NCBI GenBank assembly: GCA_963693365.1
Contig: CAVNZM010000012.1
Span: forward strand, 6,212,889 to 6,276,888
DNA: 64,000 bases
From: Amoebidium appalachense
Lineage: Eukaryota; Protista; Ichthyosporea
Direction of reading: 5' to 3'
The translations under genes and the position numbers were made by a program. Every line of letters starts with the position of its first letter. Positions within the stretch are counted from its first letter, which is position 1. Below, piece by piece: positions 1 through 20,067 of the stretch. The notes under the pieces were generated by a model. It ran no database searches, was not told where the DNA came from, and saw nothing but the letters and a program-made list of their open reading frames with translations.

Positions 1-267
1 ATTCTCTTTTTCAACCCTGTACCCCTCTCTTTCTCATTCTCTTTTTCAACCCTGTACCCCTCTCTTTCTCATTCTCTTTTTCAACCCTGTACCCCTCTCT
101 TTCTCATTCTCTTTTTCAACCCTGTACCCCTCTCTTTCTCATTCTCTTTTTCAACCCTGTACCCCTCTCTTTCTCATTCTCTTTTTCAACCCTGTACCCC
201 TCTCTTTCTCACTCTCTTTTTCAACCCTGTACCCCTCTCTTTCTCATCCTCTTTTTCAACCCTGTAG
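1..267 (+). repeat. 35-bp minisatellite (ATTCTCTTTTTCAACCCTGTACCCCTCTCTTTCTC, ~7.5 copies) forming an intron 3' end
   Basis: Directly visible tandem copies. The last unit reads CTGTAG instead of CTGTAC and serves as the acceptor of the exon starting at 268. Confidence 0.95.
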
Positions 268-2150
268 AGGAGGACCAAGATGCGAGCATGGGGGAGGGAG
301 GGGATGATGATTGGGACGGTGGGTCGAGCCCAGAGGCAAAACCGAAAAAGTCCACACAGAAGAAAAAGCCGCCTGCAAAGAAGGGTGGGTGGTGGTTTCA
401 TGCTGTGTGAATGAATAATATTGCTGTTTTGTTTTGGTGATGGGGATGGGGGTGGTGTGGGAGAGGCGGGGGCAGGGCAGGGGGAGGGGTGGGAGGGGGG
501 AGGGGGGGGGGGAAGAGGAGAGAAGGGGAAAGGAAAATAAGGTGTGGTTGTGTGTGTTTATGTTTGTGTGTGCGTGTGCGTGTGCGCTCACGCCCGCGCA
601 CGCGCGTGTGTGTGTATGTGTGTGTGTGTGTGTGGAGGTGGGTTGTGGAGGGGATAGGTGGAGGGGTTCAATTTTTCTTGTCAAATTTTTTTTTTGGGGG
701 GTCCGAGGGGGTAGGAGGGGGGGGGAGGGGGGGGGTTGGGGGGACCCCTGAGGGGACCGGAGGGGGTGGGGTGGGTGGGGGGGGGGGGGGGGAGGGGGGG
801 GGGAGGGGGGGGGGGAGGGGGCAGAGTGGTGTGTAAGCAGAAGAGAACTCAAGTTTTTGCCTTTTTTTTTTTTTTGGCACGTACCTGTGTTCATTGTGGG
901 GTTACTTAATAATACCTGATAATACGAAATTGTAGAAACATATTGCTATGTAATATAAATATCATAAAGTATATGCACAATCAAACCACATAACTTACGG
1001 CCTTAACAGCGCAATCATCCGACGAGGATGAGGAGGGTGATTCTGATTCGCCAGCAGCCAAGAAGAAGCCAAATAAGGCAGCGCCAAAAAAGGCAACTGC
1101 ATCAGCCACAAAACAAACAAAATCCGCAGGCAGTGCAGCAAAGGGTGGGTGCATGCGTGCATGTGTATGTGGGACAAACAGTCATTCTGTATTCCCTCCC
1201 CCCCCCCCCCCCCCCCCCCCCCCCCGTTGGTACCGTGTTTACGTATTCAAACAACCCCCCCCCCCCCCCCTCTTTTCCCCACTCTTGTTTTCCCCCGTAG
1301 ATCGTTTGTTGGTTTTTAGGGGGTGGGGTCAAGGAAAAGGAGTAAAAGGGAGGGGCGGGGGGAAGGGGGGGAAGAGGGGGGAGGGGGGGGGGAGGGGGGG
1401 GGAGGGGGAGGGGGGAGGGGGGGGGAGGGGGGATGGGGGGTGTCCTGGATTGTAGAAACTTGGGAAGGCAGCATACATACCATTTCCATGGGCGTGTTAC
1501 CCTTCCCTCCTCTCCACCTTCCCCCCTCTCCTCCCCCCCCCTAAAAAAAAAAAAAAAAAAAAAAAAGACACCCAAACACCAACAGCAAAATCCCCCAAAC
1601 ATTAACAGCAAAATCCCCCTCCCCCCAATCTCTCTTCCTCCTCCCCCCTTCCCCCCCCCCCCCCCCCCCCTCCGACCCCCTTCTCCCCCATCCCCCCCAC
1701 CCCCCCCCCCCCCTTCCTCCCCCCCCCCCCCCCTCCCCCCCCCGCATCCCCCCCCCCACACACACTAACCCATCCCACCCACCCACACAGCCACCCCAAA
1801 ACCTAAACTCAAACCATCCACTGCTGCCAAGGCAACAACAGCAAAAGCAGCTCCAAAGGCTACCCCTAAACCAAAACCACAACCAAAACCAGCAGCTAAA
1901 AAGAAAACTGACTCGGACTCGGAGGAAAACTTTGGTGATGGTTTTGGGGAGGAGGATTCGAGCGTGGTGGTGCTTTCGGATGACGAGGGGAGAGAGGAGA
2001 GAGATGGAGATGGGGAGGGGGAGGGAGAGACGGAGAGAGAAGGGGAGGGAGAAGGGGAGGTGGTGGAGGGAGGCGAGGGCGGGGAGGATGGGAAGGCAAA
2101 AGAGGAGGCAAAGAAGCCAAAAGTCAGGCAGCCGAAGGAGGTGTGTGCGT

Positions 2151-2247
<97 letters not shown>

Positions 2248-3017
2248 TGCGTGTGCGCGCGCGCGGGTGCCTGTGTGTGCGTGTGCGTGTGCGTGTGTGT
2301 GCGCACGCGCGCGGGCGTGTGTGTGTGGGGGGGGGGGGGGGGGGGGGGGGGGGTATGGATGTGTGTGTGCGTGTGTGCGTGTTTGTGTGTATGCGCATGT
2401 GTGTGTGTGAGTGTGCGTGTTTTTGCACGTGGGTGCGCATGGGTATGTGCATGTTTCTGCCCACATGCTGGTGTGTGTGTGTGTGTGCTTGTGCGTGCCT
2501 GCATAAGTGAGTCTGTGTGCATGCCTGCATATGCACGGCCGTGCATGGTTTCATGTGTAGGTGTGGTTGGGGCAGTATCTTTAACCTTGCTACAGAGGTC
2601 TATCTGTGGGTTGGGTGGTTGGGTAGTATGGTTGTGAGGGGAGCTTTGTGATCTGTGTTCCCAAACAAAAACCAAGAACATCATGGATTGGAAGCAGTAT
2701 AAAGTGGGTGCTGGGTTCCTGGACTGCACACACACACGTACGTGGGTGAAGGGAATGGATGGGTGGAGAAACATAGAGAGAGGGAGAGAGAGAGAGATGA
2801 AGGAGCAGGGAGAGGGGAGAGGGGGGGAGGGGAAATGGGAGTAAAGAGGTGAGTGGTAGGGAGAGAGAGAGGAGGAAGCGATTGCCAGAGGAAGGAAGGG
2901 GAAGCAAGAGAGGGATCCTCCCTAGCCCGCATCCACACCCACCCACAGCCACACTCAACCCCTCCCCCCTCCCCCCTCCTCCCTCCACACACTGTCAAAC
3001 CCCCCCCCCCTCTCCCC

Positions 3018-3051
<34 letters not shown>

Positions 3052-3223
3052 GCGCGCGCGCGCGCACGAACGCACACACACACACACACATGCACACACA
3101 CACACACGCGCGCGCGCGCACGAACGCACGAACGCACACACACACACACACATGCACACACCCACCCACCCACCCACACCCACCCACACACACACACCCA
3201 CACACACACACACACACACGAAC

Positions 3224-3294
<71 letters not shown>

Positions 3295-3430
3295 AGCGTT
3301 TCAGCACTGTGCCCATCAAGACGACCTCCAAGGGCCCAACCACATTCCTCATCGAGACAGACAAGGACCTGGTAACTCCCTCCCCCCCCCCCCCCCCCCC
3401 CACCCCCCTCCCCTCCCCTCCCCCTCCCCC

Positions 3431-3461
<31 letters not shown>

Positions 3462-3957
3462 TAAAAATAAATAAACTCCCCCCCCCCCCCCCCCCCCCCC
3501 CCGACCTTCCTCCCTTCCCCTCGGATCCCGTCCCCCCCGTCCCCCCCCCTCTTCCATCGTTGTTCTAGTTCCCTCCTCATCTCTCCCCGCACTTCACTCC
3601 TCGTTTGCTGGCCTCTTCTCTACCTCCTCTTCCCCCCCCCCCCCCTCCCCCCCTTCCCACCCGCTCTCTCTCTCACTCTGTTCACCTCCCATCCACCCCC
3701 ACCTCCCCTCCCCCCGCCCCCCACCTCTTTCGGCTCGATTAGAAAACCAATGACACAGCCCAAAGCCCAAAACCCTTGACAGCCCTGACGGCTTGCCCTC
3801 TACCCAAGCAACCACGACTACCTTATCTTCGGCCCACTTTTGCTCACAGACATGGGATTATGTGCTTAGAGCCATACATGCACAATTATCGTAGCTGACA
3901 CACTGCACACAAACACGCACAAGCATACAAAAATAGAGACACAGAGACAGTCTATGG

Positions 3958-3997
<40 letters not shown>

Positions 3998-4091
3998 GCG
4001 CGTACATGCGTGCACAGGATAGGCATAAGCTCACACATGTACGCACGGCACACACACATTCAGGCGCGCGTACACACATGCACATGCACGT

Positions 4092-4166
<75 letters not shown>

Positions 4167-4391
4167 ACATCGAGGGAGACATTGGTGCTGTGGGCCGTAT
4201 GTACGTCGAGAAGGACTCCAAAGACCCAATCAAGCTGGACCTGAAAGGTGGTTGCGCCCTCCCCCCCCCCCCCCCCCCCCCCCCCTCTCTCTGTCTTTCT
4301 CTCTGCCCACCTCCTCCCCACTCTCTCGCTCCCCCCCCCCCCCCTCCATTCCCCCCTCTTTCTCTCCCTCTCCTTATCCCCCCTCCCCCCC

Positions 4392-4422
<31 letters not shown>

Positions 4423-4552
4423 AAGATAGCCTTTTCACTGTCACCGCCCACCATCACCATCTTCCCTATCCTCCTTGTTTCCCTTCTTCTTTAGATAAAC
4501 ACCTGCGGATATCATTGCCCCCCCCCCCCCCCCCCCCCCCCCAAGACACACA

Positions 4553-4591
<39 letters not shown>

Positions 4592-4967
4592 AAATTCTTT
4601 CGACGCCTTTCGACACCTCTGAGATGGTTCCAAGCCAAACCGTCTTCTATTTCTGTGTATCGGCTGTTCCCTTCGACCACACCACTTGAGCCATGTAGGC
4701 CTTTGCACTGTTGTCTTACTGCTAGTCTTGCCACTCGGAAGTCAATCCTCCTTCCTCCCCCCCCCCCCCCCCCCCCCCCCCTCCCCGCTGTCCGCCCTCC
4801 CCTTCCCCCCCTCACCCCCCCCCCCCACCCCCTTCTTAGGGCCTTCTATACACACACGCTAACTTTTCTCTCACACATACATCTCTCTTTGTGTGTGTGT
4901 GTCTCTCTATCTCTTCCCCCCTCCCCCCCCCTCTGCCCCTCGCCCCCACGCACACGGACACCACACA

Positions 4968-5022
<55 letters not shown>

Positions 5023-5026
5023 GCAC

Positions 5027-5119
<93 letters not shown>

Positions 5120-5226
5120 CACGCACACGCACACGCACACGCACACGCACACGCACACGCACACGCACACGCACACGCACACGCACACGCACACGCACAC
5201 GCACACGCACACGCACACGCACACGC

Positions 5227-5267
<41 letters not shown>

Positions 5268-5434
5268 CTACACGTTCAACGGCCACCTTGTATCCTGCAA
5301 CTCCTTCCTCATTGTCAAGATTGGTCCCACAGAGGCTAAGGTTGAATCCGTCATTGATTCATACATCGATCTCACTTGGTGAGTTTTTAACACCACCACC
5401 CCTGCCCCTCCCCCCCCCACCTCCCCTCTGCCCC

Positions 5435-5465
<31 letters not shown>

Positions 5466-6246
5466 AACCCCTCCTCCCCCCTCCCCCCCCCCCTCTTTCT
5501 TTGGGGGATAGCCATAGGCTCTTCTCATGATGCTTACTCTTTGTGTATGCCTTCTTCCGCTAAACATCTGCATTGCGTTGTCCGTCATGAGCGTGCACCC
5601 TCCCTTCTGTCACACATCCTGGACCCACCTACCTGGTGCGTGTGCCCTGCAACTATGCACTTGTATATTCCTGTCTGCATGATAAGCCCCCCTGACCCCC
5701 CTTCCCCCGTCCCCCCACCCTCTTAAAACCTCTCTTTCTTGCCGTGGCTATGCTCTGAATGTCTTCTCCAACAACTCACTCCGACCAGATGCATCTAGGT
5801 GTAGTTTGCACATCCCTTCCCCCCCCCTCCTCCCCCCCCCCCGCACCTCCTTAGCAGACCTACCCACACAACCACACCAATTATTTCATCTCCCGTCTTC
5901 CTACCCTCCCATATCCTCCACCCCCGGGCATTATTTTTCAGGGGGGGATTTAGGGGTGGAATGGAAGTCGGTGAGAGAGCCGGGGGAAATGTGTATATAT
6001 TTACAGGATTAAGAGACTCATAGAGCGCTCCCCCCCCCCTCCCCCCCCCCCCCTTCCCCCCCAACACACACACACACACACACCTCGTGCCCCCACTGAA
6101 ATCTCACTCCCACCCCTTCCCTTCTCACATACCCTCGCACATACACCTGCGCATGCCCAAAGACACAAAATGTCTCAACACACAAACATGCACACACCCA
6201 CACACGCACATGGTTGCATGCAGGCAGGCACAAATACTTGCACGCG

Positions 6247-6278
<32 letters not shown>

Positions 6279-6586
6279 CCCCCCTCCCCCTCCCCCTCTC
6301 CCTCCTCCCCCCCCCCCCACTCCCCACCCCCCTCCCCCCACCCCCACCCACACACAAACACACACATTAACACAACCCTCCCCCCCTCCCCCCCCCCCTC
6401 CCCCCTCACCACCACCACCACGACCACCACGACCACCACCACCACGGGCCCTCTCTGAGGATGGGCTCTGCTTATGACGCATACTGTGCGCATTGCTGAT
6501 GTTGCATACTTGAATGTTTGCCTTTGCATGTGTCCTGCACCATGCTTCTCGTCGTGTATGCGTACTTCGTACCGTGTTCCGCATTC

Positions 6587-6618
<32 letters not shown>

Positions 6619-6744
6619 ACACACACACATACACATTTTCACCTACCTACCCCCCTCCCCCCCCCCCCCCCCCAACACACATACACACCTACACCACCCC
6701 TTCCCCCCCCCCCTCCCCCCCCTCCCCTCCCTCCCCCCTCCCCC

Positions 6745-6776
<32 letters not shown>

Positions 6777-7424
6777 ACACACACAGTGTCGGCAATGTGA
6801 TGGACAAGGAGACAGTGCTTGAGGGGCACATCGAAGAAGACCTAGATGCTTCCATCGTGCACGTGGGTGGGGGGAGGGGGGAGGAGGAGGGCGCAGGGGG
6901 GAAGATGAGGGGGCAGACAGTGACAATTGGACACCCAAACTGAGCGGCATTAAGAGGTACGTGTGGATGCACCCCTGTGATTACTTCCTTGTTTCCCTTC
7001 CTTCTTTCACTACGGAACAAACAACCATTGACATGTTTACACTTCTGCTACGGTATATTTTTTCTCGAACGGAGTTGTCACACACATCCTTCAGCCACCC
7101 CTCCCCCCACCCCTCCCCCCTCTCTCTCCCCCTCACCACATACATGTACACACAAACCCACACAAGCACAAACACACGCGCACGCGCACGCACGCACGCA
7201 CGCACGTACGTAAGCATGTACACTTACACACACGCACACGCACACAAACGCACACACACACACACACACACACACAACACACACACCTCTCACCTACCTT
7301 TCCAACCCCCTCCCCGTCAATATCAAAAAGAAAAGTAAAAAACGATCATTGAACTAGAAGTACTAATAAAACAATACAAAGTTTTAATAAGAATCAAACA
7401 GGAAACCACATCCTTACTGAATTA

Positions 7425-7458
<34 letters not shown>

Positions 7459-7482
7459 ACACCACCACCACCACCACCACGC

Positions 7483-7515
<33 letters not shown>

Positions 7516-7619
7516 GGAAATCCACCGCACCCAAGGCCTCCACCAAGGCCCCACCCAAGAAGAAGCAAAAGTTCCTCGAGTCAGCTGACGTGGCTCCGAC
7601 AAAACCTGCAAAGGTTTGA

Positions 7620-7655
<36 letters not shown>

Positions 7656-8726
7656 CTCCCCCTCCCTCCCCCCCTACTTCGCCCACGACCCTCCCTCCCC
7701 CCCTCCCCCCCCTCTCTCCCCAAATAATGATAGATACTCTTTGTGTGTGCTTTGCAAAAGCTGTACTGTGTTGTCCGTCGTGTGTGTTCTTCGTACTCTG
7801 TGACACATCGCTACTCCCCCCCCCCCCCCCCCCCCCCCCCCCCTGATGACTTGGGTCCTCCCTGAGGATGGGCTCTGCTTATGACGCATACTGTGCACAT
7901 GGCTGATGTTGCATACTTGAACGTTTGCCTTTGCATGTGTCCTGCACCATGCTTCTCGTCGTGTATGCGTACTTCGTACCGTGTTCCACATTCAAACCCC
8001 CCCCCCCCCCCCCCTCCCCCAGCCCTTCTCACACACACAGACACACACACAGAGAGAGAGAGAGATAGAGAGGGGGGGGGGGGGAGGGGGGGGAAAGGGA
8101 GGGAGGGAGGGAGGGGGGGAGGGAGGGGGGGGAGGGGGGGGGGGGGGGGGGGAGAGAGAAACACACAGTTCCCCTGCCATCTGCAGTGTCATTTTGTATG
8201 TTTTGTTATTGACCTAATATATGCCAAAGAGATAGAGGTTGCTCCACGCATGAACACAGGCTGTGTTTTGCTCTCTAGGCCCCAATACCCTTGCCAGAAG
8301 TCATTTCAAATCAAGAATTGCCGAGAGTAAAAGTGGGGCACGAATACTGTTTGCAGTGCACTAGGATCAGTGTATATTGATTGGTTGCTCCTTGCTCCCA
8401 TTCTCAACACCCCAATTCATATGCTTTTCCAATCACATCCGTATATCTGTATCGATAAAGGAGGGGCAACCCTTCGCTACCAGCATACATATTGCTAGAA
8501 TCACATCCGTATATCTGTATCGATAAAGGAGGGGCAAACCTTCGCTACCAGCATACATATTGCTAGGCAAGAAACCGTGAAGATACGTAGAAATCCGGAC
8601 GAACACGAACTCAAGACTATATAGTGTGGCACTGAAACATCGTAACATTCACAGAAGGCAGGGCCAGCAAAGAAGAAACCCAAGAAGCCCGCAGCAAAGC
8701 CCAAGGCATCAAAGGCAAAGAAGTAG
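268..8726 (+). CDS. BIN4: BIN4/MIDGET-like DNA topoisomerase VI accessory protein (5' part lies upstream of the window)
   Basis: GT-AG exons 268-384, 1010-1144, 1791-2140, 3297-3371, 4166-4247, 5267-5378, 6787-6956, 7517-7613, 8655-8726. They give a K/P/A- and D/E-rich N-terminus, then ...[92 protein letters not shown]. This matches the plant BIN4 C-terminal domain as I recall it (DLSGDMGAVGR...LDLKG...VGQTEAKIEAIMNDFIQL...ETMVEG). One apparent frameshift in the G6 run at 6896-6901 is probably a homopolymer error. Confidence 0.85.
5504..5620 (+). repeat. Diverged copy of dispersed repeat family R1
   Basis: Shares TACTCTTTGTGT...GTTGTCCGTC...GTGCACCC...CACATC segments with the copies at 7725 and 14627. 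Confidence 0.55.
6446..6588 (+). repeat. Dispersed repeat family R1 copy (intronic, sense to BIN4-like gene)
   Basis: Near-identical to 7854-7996 (CTGAGGATGGGCTCTGCTTATGACGCATACTGTGC...CGTACTTCGTACCGTGTTCC.CATTCAA), followed by poly-C. Confidence 0.9.
7725..7815 (+). repeat. 5'-truncated diverged R1 copy
   Basis: ATACTCTTTGTGTGTGC...GTTGTCCGTCGTGTGTGTTCTTCGTACTCTGTGACACATC followed by poly-C; aligns by eye to the 21264-21390 copy. Confidence 0.6.
7844..7996 (+). repeat. Dispersed repeat family R1 copy
   Basis: Starts TGATGACTTGGGTCCTCCCTGAGGATGGGCTCTGCTTATGA; poly-C on both sides. Confidence 0.9.
8431..8566. repeat. 68-bp tandem duplication in last intron of BIN4-like gene
   Basis: AATCACATCCGTATATCTGTATCGATAAAGGAGGGGCAA.CCTTCGCTACCAGCATACATATTGCTAG at 8431-8498 and 8499-8566. 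Confidence 0.95.
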
Positions 8727-8922
8727 GGCTGCGGGGCTGTCGTCGATCGTGTATGTGCTAGGGCTATGTTTCGTGTGGGTAGATATTTCATGTGTGCATG
8801 TGTGTGTGTGATTGTGTGTTGTGCCTGTGTGTGTGTATGGAGTGATTGTGTAGGTACGCACAGGCGTGTGGGTGATCTTCAAAGGGTGGGTGGGTGGGTG
8901 GGTGGGTGTTCCCTGTTGTGTG

Positions 8923-8982
<60 letters not shown>

Positions 8983-9208
8983 GGGGGGAGGGGGGCATAA
9001 ACCCGACCGGACAAACTCAACTAAAGAAATATTAAATGTTACAGTGCGAATGAATGCTTTTGAATAGTAGACCACATAACAATGCATTCACTACATAACG
9101 TCGTATTCACACCAAATATAAGAATACACTCGGATTAAGGTATGTTCATGCTCACTTCCACACCGCACACACACACACACACACATACACAACACACACA
9201 CACACACA

Positions 9209-9261
<53 letters not shown>

Positions 9262-9728
9262 CACACTAGGTAGCTGCCTAGTAGTACTATATTCTAACAC
9301 GTGTTCATATGTATGCCACATGCAAGCTGTACTTTGTTAACCCGTATGTGATGTACCAATGATGTAACCATGTGCTAAAAGGTTAACCCAGTGATTAGCT
9401 TTCAATAAAAAGAACTTGCACGTGTTAATTTAAAGCCTTACTGTCATGTGGTGCATCTACAGGTGACACGGATAAAATTAACACGTGTACGTAGGCCTCA
9501 TTGCACAAAGTGTACGAATGCACATACTCTGCACACATGCACAAGCAGACATAAGCATACACCCAGAGCACACACACACACAGCACGGGCAAATACGCAA
9601 AGCTGGCTGACCTTGCTTGACTGTGCACGTGGTGGTGGGATGTTTGGTGTGTGCATCCAGGTCTGTGAAGCCAGGGGTGCGGGTGTGGGCGGATGGTCGT
9701 GTTTTTTTTTTTTAAGGTGTGTGTGAGT

Positions 9729-9760
<32 letters not shown>

Positions 9761-10863
9761 GGGAGCACTCCATCCGAGCACAGTGATGTCCGTCAACGGT
9801 TTGTATTTGCACACACACTGCATGCCCACCACGTCCAGCATGGTGGGTACACAGGCAAAAGACTATGCACCAGGCACAGACACACGTGCACACACACGTG
9901 CGCACACACAAAAAGACACACACACCCGTTAACACATCCTCCTAGGTCCCACCACCAATCCTGCTGATAGACATGCCTGCATAACGAGCCACCGAAGAAA
10001 AAAAACCAAAAGTGAAAACAGAAGGAAACGTATCTCTGCCACACGAACCAACCCATTGGAATACAAGATACATACGGGACACATGCCGGCAGCAATTAGC
10101 CTGCCTGCTATTCCCGTGTCGGACCCATTTTGTGCGAGTGCACGTCACAAACCTCATACTGTCCATTGTGATTGATTTAAGACTTTTAATACATATCTGT
10201 GTGTGCCTGCCTGTGTATGTACCCGTGCGCAGGCAGGTGTGTGTGCCTGTGCCTATGCCTCTGTGTGTGCCTGTGTGCCTGCCTGTGTGTGCTTTCTTAA
10301 GTGTGCTAGGGATGTCTATGCCTACATGCCTACCGCAACACTACATGTATCGTCATGAATCAGCAACTTGAATAGCGTAAAATGCATGGAAATCTCCTTT
10401 CCATCTCAACTTACCCCCCCATCCCCCCCCCCCCCCCCCCCCCCCCCCCCCATCCTCCCCGCCTCTCACCTCCCCTCCTCTCCCCTCCCTGCAACCAAAT
10501 GCACATACACACTTAGTCTAAACAAACAAGAGAACATCAAAACGTACCCCACCCAATTCGTTACATAATGAAGAAGGGAAGAAATGCATTTCAACGAACA
10601 CGCTACAATCATGCCCTTCGAATTCTTATCTACTCACAGAGAACCCCTTTGCACGAGAAACTGAAAATGGTGGAGGAGCGGCTCGGGGAAGCGACTAGTG
10701 TATATCCGTTCCGAGCAACCTAGCCCATGACCCACAAACTCATCAGATTCTTATGTGATATATTATATATGTGCTTTACACTAGGCAAAAGTAACACATT
10801 CACCCTACACCCCCATGATTTACACAACATATATCTTTTATGTATATCTCTTGCATATTTTCC

Positions 10864-17753
<6,890 letters not shown>

Positions 17754-18364
17754 CTCTTCGTAGAGGTTACAGGCAGTGAATTGGGAGCAAAGTGTCTGGC
17801 ACGAGACACTAACGTTTTCGTAGCCCGTGTATGTGGTAAAGCCAAAATTAGGCCCCTGTTGGTACATTTATGTGTGGAAAGGGGTGCCCTTGTTATTTGC
17901 AGGCCAACCAATTCGGTTTAGAAGAACACCCTGTCAGCTCTCAAACTAGAAAGAAAATGACGTTCTTTTGATATATATATTTATATGAACATATAAATAA
18001 TACTTGATTATAATTGTTATAAGAATGACCGACAGTATGGGGTTAAAAGGTCGGGAGATGGTGAAATGAAGGCTCTGTTCAAGCGAGCGCACAGAAGCTG
18101 TCGCTCCTAAGGCAGCCCCTGCACAACCTCCTCTTTAGAACATTAAAGTGGTTTATGTGCATGGTTTTATGCGTATACAGCTGTAAATATTCCCATTATA
18201 TATCCTCGGCGGTAGTAGCAAAATCTCTTTGTCTTTGTGAAAGACGAAATGCACGATGGGAATGAAAAGACAAAACGAAGCCAGAGTGTTTTGTGTCGCG
18301 CCCAAATGAAAACGGGAGCAATGGGGGGGTCTGAGATTCCATTCCCTTCCTCAACTTCGACTCG

Positions 18365-18420
18365 TACGATTGGCTAATAGCGCATCACTTGTAAGGTGCA
18401 TTTCTCCCGCCATTTTAGAT
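18365..18420 (-). promoter_or_regulatory. Putative promoter of DCN1-like gene (CCAAT box, YY1-like AAAATGGCGG)
   Basis: GATTGGCT near 18368 and CCGCCATTTT near 18407, in non-repetitive DNA ~0.6 kb upstream of the ATG. Motif match only. Confidence 0.3.
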
Positions 18421-19231
18421 TTCAGCTTGAGCCCCTTTGATGCAAATGCGATGACATCATCATGTGGGATAACATAAAAGTTACGTGTGTGGCCACGGTG
18501 GCATGTGGCATGCCCATGCCTGCGGTAAGCCGCAAGGCATCTCGCAAGAGAAGCATGGTTTTTAGGGTAAAAATGCACAAAACGGTAACAGAGACTCTTA
18601 TTCCTGCTCTAGAGTCGAGACAAGCTGTACATCATGCCATGTGGTGATCGATTGCGATTTGAGATGGTAGTACATCGTGTGCATACTGTACTTTATATTA
18701 GCACATGTACACTGCAAGAGCTTGATATATTGGAAGTGTATGTATTTCGAGCCATATATTTTATTATTGTACTATCTTGTGATGCACAACACAAGGTAAG
18801 AAAACGAGACCACAGCGCTCGGCAAGCAAAAGGCGCACCACCACAGTCACTATTACATAATAATGAATTGATAGCTAATAGTTTTGAATACAATTGTGAC
18901 CTGCCCTCCCCCCCCCCCTCCCACCCCCTTCCCCTCCCCCGGGGGTACCACCTGAGCCCAAGCTTGGAGACATCGATATTTGCTACCCTCTCCCCCCCCC
19001 CCCCCAAAAAAAAAGGAAACCACCACCAGGTCCTCCTCCTCCATGTATGCACGAGCTACAATCAAAGAATAACTTAGTAATGCACCACAATGATTTCGTT
19101 CAAGTAAATCAGTGACCGCAACACATGTATATGCAACATGTAAAATCGTGGGTATCGTTCGTGCCCTTGTCTGCATGTGGCCGCTCGGAAATGTGTGACG
19201 AATGTTTGCGTCAAAAAAAAAAAAAAAAGGG

Positions 19232-19266
<35 letters not shown>

Positions 19267-19425
19267 GCACTTTTGAAATTGTACCGTTATGAGCTGGAAC
19301 AGGCTGCACGTTGACATCATATGTGCATATATTGTGTCGTGTGGCTGTTTTGTTCCCGATGTGTGTGTGTGCTTGTGCGCCCGCGCCCGCGCCCGCGTGT
19401 GTGTTTGTGTGTGTCACAGTGTGTA

Positions 19426-19458
<33 letters not shown>

Positions 19459-19609
19459 CACGGTGTGTGTGTGTGTATGTGTGTGTATGTTTGTGTATGT
19501 TTGTGTATGCTTGTGTGCGTGTCTGTTTGTGTGTTACAGCATGTGTTTGTGTGTGTGTGTGTAAAATGTTATGTGTACGCGTATTTATGTGTATTGGTGG
19601 GTGGTTGTT

Positions 19610-19657
<48 letters not shown>

Positions 19658-20027
19658 GGGAGGGATTATGGGGGATAAAGGGCTTTTGTTTGAAGGGGTT
19701 GATTACAGGTGACTTGGTAGAATTGTGGGTGTCGTTCATGCCCTTGTCTGCATGTGTCCCAGGTCCCTGGAAATCAGTAAATCTTAGATGTGTATATACG
19801 TGCGCACACGTGTGACACTGTGTAGGTGTGTGTGTGTGTGCGCGCGCGCGCACGCGCGTTGATGTAGATGTGTTGGTGTGTACTTGCCTTCATCTTTACG
19901 GATGCACATGGAACCGTTGAGCTGATCGTTGGTGTGTTTGGCGTGCATATATGTATGTGCCCTGGGCAATCCGAGTCAGAAGAAATAATATTTAAGGGGC
20001 CCGGAATAATATTTGTAGGGGAAGCAG

Positions 20028-20067
<40 letters not shown>

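Noticed and set aside
6896-6901. Frameshift in a BIN4-like exon (and in the CLC exon at ~53716-53724) as programmed frameshifting or pseudogenisation
   Set aside because: Both are single-base shifts inside G homopolymers in otherwise intact genes; sequencing error is the simplest explanation. Check raw reads.
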